The notes under the pieces are model-generated. The model was not told the DNA's origin, did no database searches, and was given only the letters and a program-made list of their open reading frames with translations. From the human T2T-CHM13v2.0 reference genome, Homo sapiens, in assembly GCF_009914755.1 (NCBI RefSeq), contig NC_060937.1: a stretch of DNA of 64,000 nt; one strand, written 5' to 3'. Position numbers and translations under genes: made by a program. Within the stretch, counting starts at the first letter, position 1; every line of letters starts with the position of its first letter. Positions 1 through 14,215 of the stretch are shown piece after piece.

Positions 1-64
1 GGTTGCAGTGAGCTGAGATCGCGCCACTGCACTCTAACCTGGGAGACTGAGTGAGACTCTGTCT

Positions 65-95
<31 letters not shown>
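1..95 (+). mobile_element. Alu 3' end and poly(A), cut by the window edge
   Basis: Alu right-arm consensus with a long A tail. Confidence 0.95.
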
Positions 96-97
<2 letters not shown>

Positions 98-382
98 CAA
101 CTTTACATATATTAAGTTAAAAAAGAAGAGTGTGGAACAATGTAGAGTATGTTACTTCTTATATTAAAACAGAAAAAATAATATAGATATATCTATTTAC
201 TTCTTTACATGTATACTTATATATACATAAAATCTCTCTGGAAGAATACACAAGAAACTAAAAGTACTAATTGCCCAGGGAGGAGAACTGTGTGAATGAG
301 AGGGAAATTCTGCTCTACCTACATACTCCTGTGCACCACCTGAAGTTAGGAACATGTAAATATAGCACATATATTTAAAATA

Positions 383-566
383 CAGTCATGTACTGCTGAG
401 AAATGCATTGTTAAGTGATTGTCACTGTGCAAACATCAGAGTGTACTTACACAAACCTAGATGGTATACCCCACCACACACCTCTGCCATAAAGTATAGC
501 CTATTGTTCAGACCACCACGTATATGCAGTCTGTTGTTGACTGAAAAGTTATATGGTGCATGACTG
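383..566. mobile_element. Tigger3/MER47-type non-autonomous Tc1/mariner element
   Basis: Terminal inverted repeats CAGTCATG...CATGACTG flanked by TA; internal gtgtacttacacaaacctagatggtata motif. Confidence 0.8.
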
Positions 567-683
567 TATTAAAAAAATTAAATTGCTGATACCAAATCTA
601 TTGGTAACTATCGGGAATATCTGAACAAACAAAATAGAGTAGCTATTATAAATATCAATTGTTTGGAAATCATCTGTACATAC

Positions 684-749
684 CTGATATCCAGTTTCAT
701 TAGTTTTCACTGTCATCAAGTCATCTTGTTTACTTATGATCTTCTGCAG
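684..749 (-). CDS. MICU2: MICU2 coding exon 7 (66 nt, LQKIISKQDDLMTVKTNETGYQ)
   Basis: TTTTTAG acceptor and GTATGT donor; phase 0-0; continues the frame from exon 6. Confidence 0.95.
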
Positions 750-871
750 CTAAAAAGATTACAAACATGAGTTTACATGTGTGCCTACCAGATTTTTCAA
801 AACAACCTAAAAAATAGATGCCAACTTATTGTTATAAAATATATACTAGTTATTTGCTAAATATTAACTTC

Positions 872-1161
872 TTTTTTTTTTTGAGATGGAGTCTTACTCT
901 GTTGCCCAGGCTGGAGTGCAGTGGTGCAATCTCGGCTTACTGCAAGTTTCGCCCCCAGGTTCATGCTATTCTCCTGCCTCAGCCTCCCAAGTAGCTGGGA
1001 CTACAGGCGCCCGCCACCACTCCCGTTAATTTTTTTTTTTTTTGTATTTTTAGTAGAGACGGGGTTTCACCGTGTTAGCCAGGATGGTCTCGATCTCCTG
1101 ACTTTGTGATCCACCCGCCTCGGCCTCCCAAAGTGCTGGGATTACAGGTGTGAGCCACCAC
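872..1161 (-). mobile_element. Alu (Y/Sc-like)
   Basis: Dimeric Alu consensus. Confidence 0.95.
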
Positions 1162-1372
1162 CTTAAATTTTTTCTAATCATAACTCCTATTATCTTTTTC
1201 TCTTAGACAATGCAAGAATCAAAGGACAAAAGAGATAACAAAGTATTAACATTATTATTACTACAATCTTCTACTAAGAAAGCTAGTTTACTTAATAGAT
1301 ACATGTTCTTAGGCAGCACTCTATAAGAACTTCAAGATTATGCTGTCCTTTCAAGATAATTTTTATTCATAA

Positions 1373-1710
<338 letters not shown>

Positions 1711-2299
1711 TATAGTTTTAAAAAAGCTATTTATATCATACACATAGTCTTCCTTTTCCCTTTATGCATTTATAAAGCATTAAAATAATTTAAAGACTTA
1801 CATTTCTACTAATTAGGACACTGTAAATAGTACTTTGAAATTGAGTACATTAAAAAACCTACCTGCCTTTCAGAATCAATTGTATCAATCCTCATATGGA
1901 AAGCAAATTTAAAAAAGAAAGCATTTTAAAAGAATCAGATGTAGACAAAATCCCAAACTATGGATTCAAATCAATTAGGAGACAAACCTCTATCCATTTT
2001 TTTCTGGGCTATTTAACAGTTTGAAAACTGCTGCAATTAATTCCGTATTAATTATTTTGAATTTAGCTATTTCTATTACGTTTGTTTTAGGCAAGTGGTT
2101 TATTTCTAGTTCTCTAAATCTCTCAGCCAGTTTTCAATACCCCCCTTTCCCCTACTTAATTATTTTTGGGAAAAAAGTTAAAAAGCTTTATATTTATTTT
2201 ACCTTTTATTTTTAAAGTTGACAATCAAATGATATAATGCCAAGTTCAATATCCAAACATTTCTCCCTGTGCTTATTCCCCTGGAACCTCTTACAAATT

Positions 2300-3085
2300 T
2301 TTATTACAGAAAATTTCAAACTTAAGTAAAATGAACAGAATTCTACAACAAGTCACCATGTAAACATTATTAATCTTCAATAATTACCAGTATTCTGCTA
2401 TTCCTGGCTCTTCTATACCTCTACCTGCTCCCTGTTCCCCTCCCAATTATTATTTACAGCTCTTCAGGAAAAAATACATATATTAAAATGTACAAACATC
2501 AGCCAATTTTGACAAAGTTTCTTTGTGTCTCTTCCCAGTCAATCCTGGTTTCTCTTTTATTCTTGTTCCCACAGAGACAGTTCTGATTTTTTTCCCCACC
2601 TAAATTAGTTTCCCTTAGTTTAGAAATTCAAATAAATGAAATTAACTAGTATGTATTCTTTTGTGTCTGCCTTCTTTCACTCAGCATAATGGTCTTGAGA
2701 GTCACCCATGTTGTTTGCCTGTCAGTAGTCTGTTGCCATTTATTGTTGTGTTTTATTACATTTTATGAATATACCACTATTTATTCAATCACCTGTTGAT
2801 AGGTGTTTTCATGGCTCCAGTTTTTGGCTACTGTGAATCAAAATGCCACAAACATCTTTTACAACTCAATTTTGTGGATGTGGGTTTTAATTTCTCTTGG
2901 ATAAACACGTAGGAGATAACAAATCTGTTTAACTTTATAAGAAACTGCCAAACTATTTTCCAAAGTGAATTCTGGTTTCTTCATATTCTCACCAACATTT
3001 GATGTGACCAGTCTTCTTAATTTTGGTCATTCTCTTGAGTGTAGTAGTATGTCATTGTGGTTTTAACTTGCATTTCCCTGACAAC
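2300..3085 (-). mobile_element. Old L1M 3' fragment
   Basis: Antisense L1 motifs (ttctttcactcagcataat, aactgccaaactattttccaaagt, ttgcatttccctga). Confidence 0.65.
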
Positions 3086-3803
3086 TCACGTAAAAGGCAC
3101 CTATATTTATTTAAAAATAACTCTAGCAGGTGTATTTAGTATGATAAAACTATAATGCTACTATATTAAGTGTGCAGTCCTTCCCACCAATATGAAAGCA
3201 ATGTGAAATAAAAGGACCACCTAAGGAGCAACCGATACTAGGAAACAGACCTGTCATTAATCTACTGTTTAGAGAGATTGCACTAAAACCCTGGCATGTA
3301 TCCCACATAAGCACATGTACCATTGATCAAGGTAAAGATTAAATGGATTAACCATTCCTGGCTTTGATCACAGTTGCTATTTTTTATTATTAGCTGACAG
3401 AGAACAGCTCACACAGACAGTTGCTATTTTACGAGTTCTTGGGATAAAGAAGTAAGCAATACACTTACTAACACAGTTTTCAGATCTGAATGTTAATAAA
3501 ACATGAATATTTACAAAACACAAAAGTAACAAACTGAGGCAATCTGTATTTTAGGACATCTTCACAAGGCTTTTATTACCATACTTCATTATTACTTTTA
3601 CATTTGCTACTCAAATCACTTTGTTACATTTATGTTTTAGGTATTAAAGTGATTCTCATTACTTTTGTAGTACATATATGGTGGGGAGAGCAATAAATAA
3701 AATCTACTAGGAAAACATTTAGATAAGCTAAGATAAATCCCTGCCTTTTAAATATGCTTTTTTGATGTGAAAAGAACTATTTGGTTCTTTGAAGAAAATC
3801 TCA

Positions 3804-4158
<355 letters not shown>

Positions 4159-5399
4159 TTAGGTTTACTAATACAAAGATCATGGAAGTGAAAAAACTAT
4201 TCAAATAATTAATGTAAATGTAGTTTTTCCTCTTCAATGCTGTTTTTTTTTAAAATGACATGCTGTATCACGCTCTATGGGTAATCAACTTTAGTGGTTC
4301 ATTTCTATGATCAGCACAAAGAACCTTCTTTCATGTTTACAAAAGTGACCTTTATATACTTAAAAACAAAATCAATGATGTATCCTTACATATTCTTTTG
4401 GATATTTTCTTAATTCATGAGGTAATCACCCAACAATTTTCCAACATTTGTGGAGATATCTGTGGTATTCAGAAATTGTTCCATAAATTCAGCATGTTAA
4501 GCTATTGTGTGAAAAAATGTATTTGAAAAAATTTTAAAGTAGGTATGCATAACAAATTCAGGAGTAGAGGCTGTAGGTACAATAAGGACTGTATGGTAAA
4601 AGGCGCATCAGTGTAGCTCTGTGAAAACAACAACAACGATATGCCTTCTATTGCCTTTTTTCATGTTCAGTTTCATGCTCAGGATCTCCTTTGTCTACGG
4701 ACTTTGTGATTTGGCCACATATCACTAAACATTACCACAGTGCATCAAAACTTTGGTGCTGATGAGTATGACACCCACTATTATTATCAGGGGCTCCGCT
4801 ATGCCCACTTTATAAAATCGCCTCCAGCTTTACTATTCTTGGATGTGTGTACAGTGGGTCCAGTAATTCCAAGATTTGGCTGTGTACCTTGTAACTCCCA
4901 AGAATAAAAACAGAAATAAAATCCTCCCAAGTCTGAAAGGATTATGGTAAATGCAAATTCTCACAGCTTAACTAACCTAACAGAATTTCACTTATTTAGG
5001 TATATGGCCTTTTCATACAAATTACCCCCATATGAATAATAATAGTTTTAAATCTATCAATTTCTTGTCCCTGAGGTAAAGTGAAGTAGCTGGATGGTAT
5101 TTTGTGACTTATGGCACTGGTATTTCAGGTCCCACTTGTGCAAACACATTTCCTTCAAATATTTATTTGAGATATTTGATTAAGTCCTCAAATATCTCAA
5201 ATGAATATTTTTATCTACTGCTACCAGTTTTGAAGTTCTATTCACTCCTCTTTAGCCTTTTGCTCTGTGGTGTCGGTCCCCACGACTCTTTTGAAACTGC
5301 TCTGTAATGGTTCCAACTGACCTACACAATTTCAGAGGCTCTCTACTCAGTCCCTACCTAGCTGCCCACTTTTTATTCTTAAGAGTTCGGTGTCTTTTT

Positions 5400-5685
5400 C
5401 ATTATTTTTATTATTTTTTTTGAGACAGAGTTTCGCTTGCGATGGCACGATCTCGGCTCACTACAACCTCCGCTTCCTGGGTTCAAACGATTCTCCTGTC
5501 TCAGCCTCCTGAGTAGCTGAGATTACAGGCATACGCCACCACGCCCGGCTAATTTTTTGTATTTTTAGTAGAGACGGGGTTTCTCCATGTTGGTCACGCT
5601 GGTCTCAAACTGCTGACCTCAGGTGATCCGCCTGCCTCAGCCTCCCAAAGGGCTGGGATTACAGGCGTGAGCTACCGTGCCCACC
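5400..5685 (-). mobile_element. AluS with a short right-arm deletion
   Basis: Alu consensus lacking the gcccaggctggag segment. Confidence 0.92.
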
Positions 5686-6169
5686 CTCGAGAGTTCACTG
5701 CTTTTAAACACTCCCTCTCCCATTGCTCTTGTCTTCCTCAGACTCCATTATCCTGCACTCAGACTCCATTATCCTGCACTCTCTGGGCTCTTTGGTACTC
5801 TGCTCACTGTTCTGCTCCTTCTCAGGTTCATTCGTTGGCTTCTCAACCTCAGTTTGACCTCATAAATGAAACACTGCTCCCCAAGTCTCTGGTCTTATCC
5901 CTTTTCACTCTATTTCTTCCCCTTTGGGGTCATATACTTTCAGGACTTAATTATCACCCCTATGAGGATGTTCCCCAATCCTGGCTACATTACTGATCTC
6001 CAGTTGCTTGCTATTCTTGTCCATCTGTAGGGATGGCCATTCAGTTGCTCAAGCCCAACATTTCCAAGCTCAGAGTCAGGATCTTTCTCAACTCAGGCCT
6101 CCTAAGAATTCTTCAAATGAGGAGGGCTGACAATGAGGAAAGAGCAGGGGCTCTAGAACAAGATGGATT

Positions 6170-6770
6170 TGGAATCAATTTGTATACAGTAAAATGTACC
6201 CCTTTAAATGCAGTTTTTGCTTTCAGGATCATGCACCGGATGAGTTTTGACAAATTTATATACCAGTGTAGCCACCACTCCAAAGAAGATCTAAAATATT
6301 TCCAGTACTCCAGAAAGTTCTCTCATTTTTCTTTGCAGTCAATTCCTGACTCTCTCCTGGCCTCAGGCAACCAGTGATCTGCTTTTAGTAGGTAAGTCCC
6401 CTTTTCTAAAATTTCAAATAAATGTAATCGTACAGTATGTACTCGTCCATGTTGCTGCATTTATCAGTGGTTTGTTCCTTTTTACTGTTAAGTAGTATTC
6501 TATTGTATGGATCCTATTTGTTTATCCACTCACTTGATGAACATTTCGGTTGTTTCTAGTTTTGGCTATCATGAATAAAACAACTATGCATATTAATATA
6601 CAGGTCTTGGGTGAATATGTTTTCCTTGACTAAGTAAGAGTGGAATTGCTAGGTCATATGCCAAGGATATATGTTACTTTAAAAGAATCTGCCAATTTTG
6701 TTTTCTAACATTTGTGTACCATTTTATTCCCACCAGCAATGTAAGAGGTTCGTTTGCTTCATATCACAAA
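6170..6770 (-). mobile_element. Old L1M 3' fragment
   Basis: Antisense L1M motifs (tttatccactcac, gttgtttctagttttggcta, ttcccaccagcaatg). Confidence 0.6.
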
Positions 6771-7574
6771 GGCTTTAAAAAAAATGTTGTAAGTCATTTA
6801 TGTACACGCCTAATTTGTCATTTACATAAGTACTCATTAATTCATCAAGAGGGATAGCTAGTATGTGCTAAGCACTATGCCATATATATATCTATATTTT
6901 CTTTTCTCCATAAGGCACTGCAATCGATTAAAAACACTTAACCCTAACTGGCACATACCAAACTGTTGATGTGCATTGAGGTTTTTTTGTTTTTTTTTTT
7001 TTAATATTAGCACCAAATTTTTGGGAACGGAGTCAAATTTACTTGTTGGGTGTTCTAGAGTTACATCTTAGAAAATACCATTTAAACACGTTTTCAGCTC
7101 TTCAAATATTAGCCTTAGAGCAAATTCCTGGAAAATTTGCACCAATTTATAACTATTGCAGCATTTTCACTTTTTTCCAATTCTTTATGAAGGCTTAAGT
7201 TTTTATTATGTCTATTCTTTTTGTATATCTTTAATAATTTTTAGTATAATTTTAGCATATCAACACATATTCTTTAAAAAATATATATCCTATGAAACTC
7301 TTCTTACCATATTATTTGCTGAAATCATAAAAATGTAACCCTAAAAAACAGATGCTTCTGCTTACTTCTCTTTTTGGAATCTTATGCTCTGTTCACTTAC
7401 TGGTGTCCTTATGGTTGTATTATAGAAAATTTAATATTTTTGAATGTCCAAATAATTTCCTGATAGTTCATATGTAAACAATGAATACAATTTTGATTTT
7501 AATGGAAATGTAAAATTATCACACAAACATCCAGGTATTTTATGATAAACCTAAAATAATTAGCGTCCACTTAC

Positions 7575-7657
7575 CTTAAAAAATTCCCTTTTTTCAATCA
7601 TCTCATTACCATCTGTATCCAGCATTTTAAAAGCAACATGAAATCCAGAATGGGGTT
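7575..7657 (-). CDS. MICU2: MICU2 coding exon 6 (83 nt, (K)PHSGFHVAFKMLDTDGNEMIEKREFFK), EF-hand 1
   Basis: CTGCAG acceptor and GTAAGT donor; EF-hand loop DTDGNEMIEKRE. Confidence 0.96.
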
Positions 7658-8110
7658 CTGCAGTGAAGTGAAAAATGAATATTTAAATGTTGATGAAAAC
7701 CAAGTTATTTGTAGATAGATAGGTCTTCAAATTTGACATACACTAGCAGAAACTGTATGAGTAAGTGCCTACACAGAAAAATAATGATTTCTTATAACAA
7801 TTCCAAAGGCTGATATTTGGTGTTATGGCTTTGTTCCCTGCCTTCTTCAACACTCTTTCCATAGGTGCTGCTGCTCTGCTAGTAAGTGTTCTCCCTTTCA
7901 ATGCAAAATTAGTTTGTAGGCTTAATTTATTTCTTTAGCTGCACTAGGGGCTTTTCTATATTCTTACAGTACCTTGGTTATTTTCAAATTAATGATTACT
8001 TTTTATTTCCCTTTCTCAGAGTACTTAAACAACAACAACGTATTTTGCAATCATTTTAGACTTATGGAAATTTTGTAAAGATAGTACAAAGAGTCCACAG
8101 AGTCCTCTAA

Positions 8111-8378
8111 TTTTTCTTTTCTTCCGAGACAGGGTCTCACCTGTCACCCAGGCTGGAGTGCAGTAGCGTGATCACAGCTCACTGCAGCCTCAACCTCCTG
8201 GGCTCAAGCAATCCTCCTACCTCAGCCTCGACAAGTAGTTGCGACTACAGGTGTGCACCACCACACCTCGCAAATTTTTAATTTTTTTTGTAGAGATGGG
8301 GTTTTACCATGTTGCCCAAGCTGGTCTCAAACTCCTGGGCTCAAGCTAAAGTGCTGGGGTGAGCCCCCACACCTGGTC
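8111..8378 (-). mobile_element. AluJ-like element with a left-arm deletion
   Basis: Alu consensus; TSD TCCTCTAAT. Confidence 0.9.
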
Positions 8379-8932
8379 TTCCTCTAATGTTAACATCTTA
8401 CATAACCACAGTACATTTATAAAGACTAAGAAATTAACATGGCACAGCATTATGAACTACACTATCGACTTAATCTGGGTTTTATGTTTTTTCACTAATG
8501 CTGTTTTCCTATTCTAGGATTAAATATAAGATACCATGTTGTATTTAGCTGTCATGTCTCCTGAGTCTTCTCTAATCTGTATCAGTGTCTCAGTCTTTTC
8601 TTGTTTTCCATGACCTTCACACTTTGAAGAGTACTGGTCAGGAATTTTGTATAATGTCAGATAAGCATTTTTAAAGCCTAGACTACCACTATGATTCTCT
8701 AGTTCAACAAACTTCCTATTAAAGAGACAAAGCTATGGGCTGCTATAGTGCACAGGAGGCAGAAGTGACCCAAAGAGATAACCTAATCCAACATTATCAT
8801 TTTGCAGATATAGAAACTAAGGCATCAATAATGTTTTTAATGATAAAGACATAAATGCCAAACTTTTAAAATCCTGTTTGGTAAGAACAGAGAATTCCAC
8901 ATGATCTCTGAGAAAAACTGTGGGATACTTAC

Positions 8933-8980
8933 TAGTGAGGATTGTAAGCAAGAAAAGATACTCGGTATATGAAATTAGCC
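8933..8980 (-). CDS. MICU2: MICU2 coding exon 5 (48 nt, (G)LISYTEYLFLLTILT+A)
   Basis: TTTCAG acceptor and GTAAGT donor. The peptide is visible inside ORF 8817..8999 and carries the MICU-family GLISYTEYLFLL motif. Confidence 0.96.
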
Positions 8981-9193
8981 CTGAAAGAGATAAAAACATA
9001 CCAGAAAATAAGCTTTAGATGGTTTAGAATATACAGAGACATTAACATTGAAATTTCACCTAATTAAAAAACAATTTTACTTTAAATTACCTCTCTTTGA
9101 TACAGTGGAAAATTTTTATAATAGTTGAAGTAGAGGCCTAATACTTAAAAAAAGAAACTATGTTTCATCAGGTACTGTTACTAGTAAGGAAGT

Positions 9194-9649
9194 TGTGATG
9201 GTTGGTTTTAAGTGTCAGTTTGACTGTGTCACAGACTGAACATCTTGAGTGTCCAGATTAAACATCATTTCTGGGTGTGTCTGTGAGATTAGCATTTACA
9301 TTGGTAGACTCGGTAAAGCAGGCTGTTCTCCGCAGTGTGGGTGGGCATTATCCACTCTGTTGAACAAAAAGCAGAGGAAGGAGAAATTCACCCTTTTTTT
9401 CTGCCTCACTTCTTGAGCTGGAACATCTTATCTTCTACCCTCAGATGGGTTTACACCATTGACTCCCCTGGTTCTCAGGCCTCCAAATGTGGACTGAATT
9501 ACACCATCAGCTTTTCTGGGTCTACAGCTTGCAGATGGCAGATCATGGGACTTCTGTACCTCCATAATTGCATGAGCCAATTCTTCACAGCCAACCTCTA
9601 TCTAAATCTCCTATTGGTTCTGTTTCTCTGGAGAACACTGACTAATACA
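9194..9649 (+). mobile_element. MLT2-family (ERVL) solo LTR
   Basis: Starts TGTGATGGTT and ends GTTCTGTTTCTCTGGAGAACACTGACTAATACA; 5-bp TSD GAAGT/GAAGA. Confidence 0.85.
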
Positions 9650-9847
9650 GAAGAATCGAAGCTGGCTCGCAAATAACAGGCATCCACTACAAGTTTTATT
9701 TACATGGCACTTTAGTTACTTCTACTTAAAGTTTTACTATGCATAACATCTCAAGTGAAGCAAATTTATAAATTCAGTAGAATAACAAGAGACTTGGGAT
9801 ATACTGAGAGTCAAATTACACTATTTAAAACGTAGTAATTAGTTCTT

Positions 9848-10404
9848 TGTAGCAGTAACTTGATTTTTCCTTTGGGAAATCATTCTTTGTCAGTCTCAAA
9901 TATGCAGTTTGGGTAGGATGACCCTACCTTTGCCTCTGCAAGTAAATGCTAATTGGCTGAAGCCAATCACTGCATTTCTGTGGAACTGATGCAGGGATGG
10001 GCAAGTAGCTCAGGCCCAAGCTAATAAGGAGGTTGCACTAGTCTGGCTCCAGGGACTGGTTCAGGGATGGGCTAACACCTAAGTTGGGCCACTCATGAGT
10101 AGTACAGCAGGATTTCTGATGCAAATGCTGGATCACTGACTTTCACATTTTTATTTTGTGCTGGGCTTTGGTGATGTGAGAATGTTATTCTCAGGAATGT
10201 GAGGCAATGGAGAGAGTGCCTGGAACTGCCAGAAGCCAGTATTTAGAGCACGAGAATGTAGCCAATCTTTAATTGCCAGATCTGGAAAATGAATATGGTG
10301 ATGTTTGAGCCCTGGATGAAGTTGGGTTTGAAGCTAACTCTGTCTAGTCACTAAACTTTCTTGCTTGCTCAAGTACATTGTGTCAGGTTTTAGGCTGCTT
10401 ACAC
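9848..10404. mobile_element. Degenerate MLT1 (MaLR)-like LTR
   Basis: TG...CA termini and MLT1-like 3' motifs (gtttgagccctggat, ttgcttgctcaag). Confidence 0.4.
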
Positions 10405-11496
10405 AGAAACGATATCTCAAAAACCATGGCTTCCTGATATGCTAAAAAACAATTGTTCCCTCCGGATCAAAAGATTGGTATAATAGCAAAATGCACAATT
10501 AACAATTAAAAACACTTTTTTAATCATGGAAAACTTCAATCATATGCAACAACAGAGAGAATAATATGATGAATAATTATATATAATTATATTAAATAAC
10601 ACAATGAAACTCAGCACCAATAATTATCAATTCATGGCAGGTCTTGCTTTATCTATATTCCTTTTCACTCCCTACCTCCCACTGGATTATTTTGAAACAA
10701 AACCCACATATACATATCATTTCATAGTAAAAAATTCAGCCTGTATATCTAAAAAAAACCTCCCTGCCAGATAGTTACCACACCTAAAAAAGTATCAATA
10801 ATTCCTTAACATCTTCAAATTCAAATCAGCATTATCAATTTTCCTGTTTTAGACAAGTTTTCAAGTGTGTTCAAATGAGCATCCAAAGAAAAGTCCTTAC
10901 ATTGCACTTGGTGAGTAGGTCTCTTAAATCACCTGTTTTTAAATATTGTGGTAAAATAAACATAACATACAATTTACCATTTAAACCATTTTTAAGTTTG
11001 GTAGCATTAAGTACATTCACGCTGTTGTACAACCGTCATTAGAAATTTTTCATCATGCTAAACAGAAACACTGTACACATTAAATGTTAACTCCTGAATC
11101 CCACCACCCATTCCTGCCTCTGGCCCCTGCAACCTCTATTCCGCTTTCTGTCTCTGTGACGTTGCCTATTCTATCTAGGTACCTAAGATGAATCATACGA
11201 TATTTGTCCTTTTGTGACTTGCTTATTTCACTTGGCATAATGTTTTAAAGGTTCATTCATACTGCAGCATATGTCAGCATATCCTTCCTTTTTAAGGCTG
11301 AATAATATTCCATTGTACCTATGTACCACATTTTGTTTATCCACTCACCTGCTGATGGACATTTGGGGTGTTTCTACCATGTGGTTACTGTGAATAATGC
11401 AGCTACAAATATTGGTGTACAAATATTTATCTAAGCCCCTGCTTTCATTTCTTTTGGGTATATACCCAGAAGCAGAACTGCTGCATCATACAGTAA

Positions 11497-11821
<325 letters not shown>

Positions 11822-12244
11822 AATGCTGATTTAATTTTTGAGGAATCGCCCTACCTTTTCCACAGCAGCTGTGGAAATACAAATTCCCACCAAATTTCTC
11901 CACATCCTCAACGCTTGTATTTTCTTTTTTTTTTTAACTGCCAACCTAATGAATGTCACGTGGTATCTCATTGCGGTTTTGATTTGCATTTCCCTGATGA
12001 TTAGTGACGTTGAGTACCTTTTCATGTGCTTTTCATGTGTATATCTTATTTTGAGAAATTTCTACTTGAGTCCTTTTCCCATTAAGAAAAGTTTTGTATA
12101 GTTCTTTACATATTCTGGTTATTATCCCTTATTATATATATGAATATATACGATTTGAAAATATTTTCTCCCATTTGTGGGTCTTTTCTTCACTCTCTTG
12201 ACAGTGTTCTTTGATTCACAAATGTTCTTAATTGTGATGTAGTC

Positions 12245-12275
<31 letters not shown>

Positions 12276-12579
12276 TTTTTTAACAAGGTCTCACTCTGTT
12301 TCCCGGGCTGGAGTACAGTGGCACAGTAGTGGTTCACTGCAGCCTTGACCTCCCAGGTTCAAGCGATCCTCCCCACCTCTCAGCCTCCTGAGTAGCTGGG
12401 ACCACAGGCATGTGCCACCATGTCTAGCTAATTAAAATACTTTTTTTTTTTTTTTTTTTTTGGAGAGACAGGGTCTTCCTATGTTGCCCTGGCTGGTCTT
12501 GAATTCCTGGGCTCAAGTGATGCTCCTGCCTCAGCCTCCCAAAGTGCTAGGACTGCAGGTGTGAGCCACTGTGCCCAGC
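12245..12579 (-). mobile_element. AluJ-like element with a (TTTA)n tail
   Basis: Alu consensus. Confidence 0.93.
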
Positions 12580-14127
12580 TTTCCTGTCTCTTATGTCTCT
12601 CTTAATATATAGGTTTTCTCCCTTGTCTTTTTTGCCCCTACCTTTCAATTTAATTGTTGAAAAAGGTGGTCATTGGTCCCATAAAATTTCTAATAGTCTA
12701 TAAAATTCTGATGACTGTATGTCCTTGGTATCATTTCACATGTTCCTCTACCTTCTGTATTTTCTACAAATGGTACTTAAATCCAGATGTGTGCTAAGAT
12801 TCAGGTTTGATTTTGACAAGAATTCTTCACAGATGGCATTGTATACTTCCATTAGGAGGCCAAAATGCAGATGTTTACAGAAAATACTAGATACCATAGA
12901 GAGATACGAATAGTAAGAGTTACAAAAGTTTAGAAAAATGTGCAGGCATTTACGGAGTTTAGATGATCAAAGATGTCACAGAGGAGGTAATTCTAACAGT
13001 AAACTTTGAATGATTGGTAAAAATTTTAATTAAGCGGATGTGGTATAAATGGGAAAGCTATTTAAGACAGATGAAGCCGAATATGAAAACTGCAAAGTGA
13101 TTGTCTGAAATAATGCTCATGTGGAAGCAGCAATGGGAAAAAAAAAAACTACTATGGTAGTTCGGACAGGAAGAATAAAGAGCTGCAGAGGGTGATGACG
13201 GTGGGAATGTATTTACCCTTCTGTGCAGGACAACATACCCTAATGACTCCCAAGCAAATAAAGGAGGGAGTCAGGGCCAAAGGTAGTTCAGAGCAAGGAA
13301 AGCAAACATGGTATTATTAGATGATTCCATGTTTTAACTATAAGTAAATATTTTAAATGTTTTCAATGGCTTCCTTTTTTTGAATTACCAACTTTTTGTT
13401 GTTTCTATTTTGGAGCAGGTGTACTTTTCTTTAACAAAAAGACTATAGTACGTTTTCAGATTTTCTTTTGCTTTAAACTATTTAGTCCTTCTATAAAGGG
13501 AGAATAAATTAAATGTGTTTTGTCATATCTTGTACCTGAGAGAAGTGCTCTAATGTTAGCTGAAAGATCAAAGTATTTCATTCTTCGGCAGCCTTAAGAA
13601 TTTTTCTCATTTTCAAAGGAATACGGCAATGTGAAAAAAATGGCCAAACCTCTAGACTCCACTGGGCTTGATGCCAGAAGGAGGCCTTGCTTTTCTTCTC
13701 TTTAGACACAGGTACAGGTCCTTTATGCAAGCAGAACTTTTTGAAAAAGAAAATTCCAGGGTCTTTCTTTGAAATACTGACTTAAATAAAAAGCTTGAAT
13801 AATCACAGAGTTGAGACAGTATAAAAACAGTACCTTTCACTCTCAAGGTGGGTTACAAATAAACAAGGTAGTTCTACAGCAGCATTCTAGGCATTTGCCC
13901 TCTGAAAATGTTTTTAAAGAAAACTGACACACGAGAATATTGACAGGAGAAACAGCTTAATATATATTTGTTATATCTAATTGTAAAGTAAATGCTGTTA
14001 AATGGCAATGATTCAAAACTGCATTAGGACAGTATTTTAAATAATTTATGTTTAAAAGTTTGTTAAAGAATCTCTTAAGAGGGACACTAGGAGAAACGAG
14101 TAAGTTCTGACTTTTTCCTCTCCTCAC

Positions 14128-14215
14128 GTCAGACAACCAATATGTTGTCCTTGTAAACAAGGTTTGAGGGAGGCGCATCTCACTCATCAATGTGAAAACC
14201 CAGTCATCACACTTA
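14128..14215 (-). pseudogene. Degenerate U13 (SNORD13) C/D-box snoRNA retrocopy
   Basis: Reverse complement contains GTGATGA (box C-like), CTGGGTTTTCACA, GTGAGATGCGCCTCCCTCAAACCTTGTTTAC and terminal TCTGAC (box D). Colinear with recalled U13; the 5' ~15 nt are missing. Confidence 0.75.

Noticed and set aside
4710-4905. ATG-less open frame (HQNFGADEYDTHYYYQG...) followed by AATAAA
   Set aside because: I recognise no homolog, tail or TSD, so it cannot be supported without a BLAST search.
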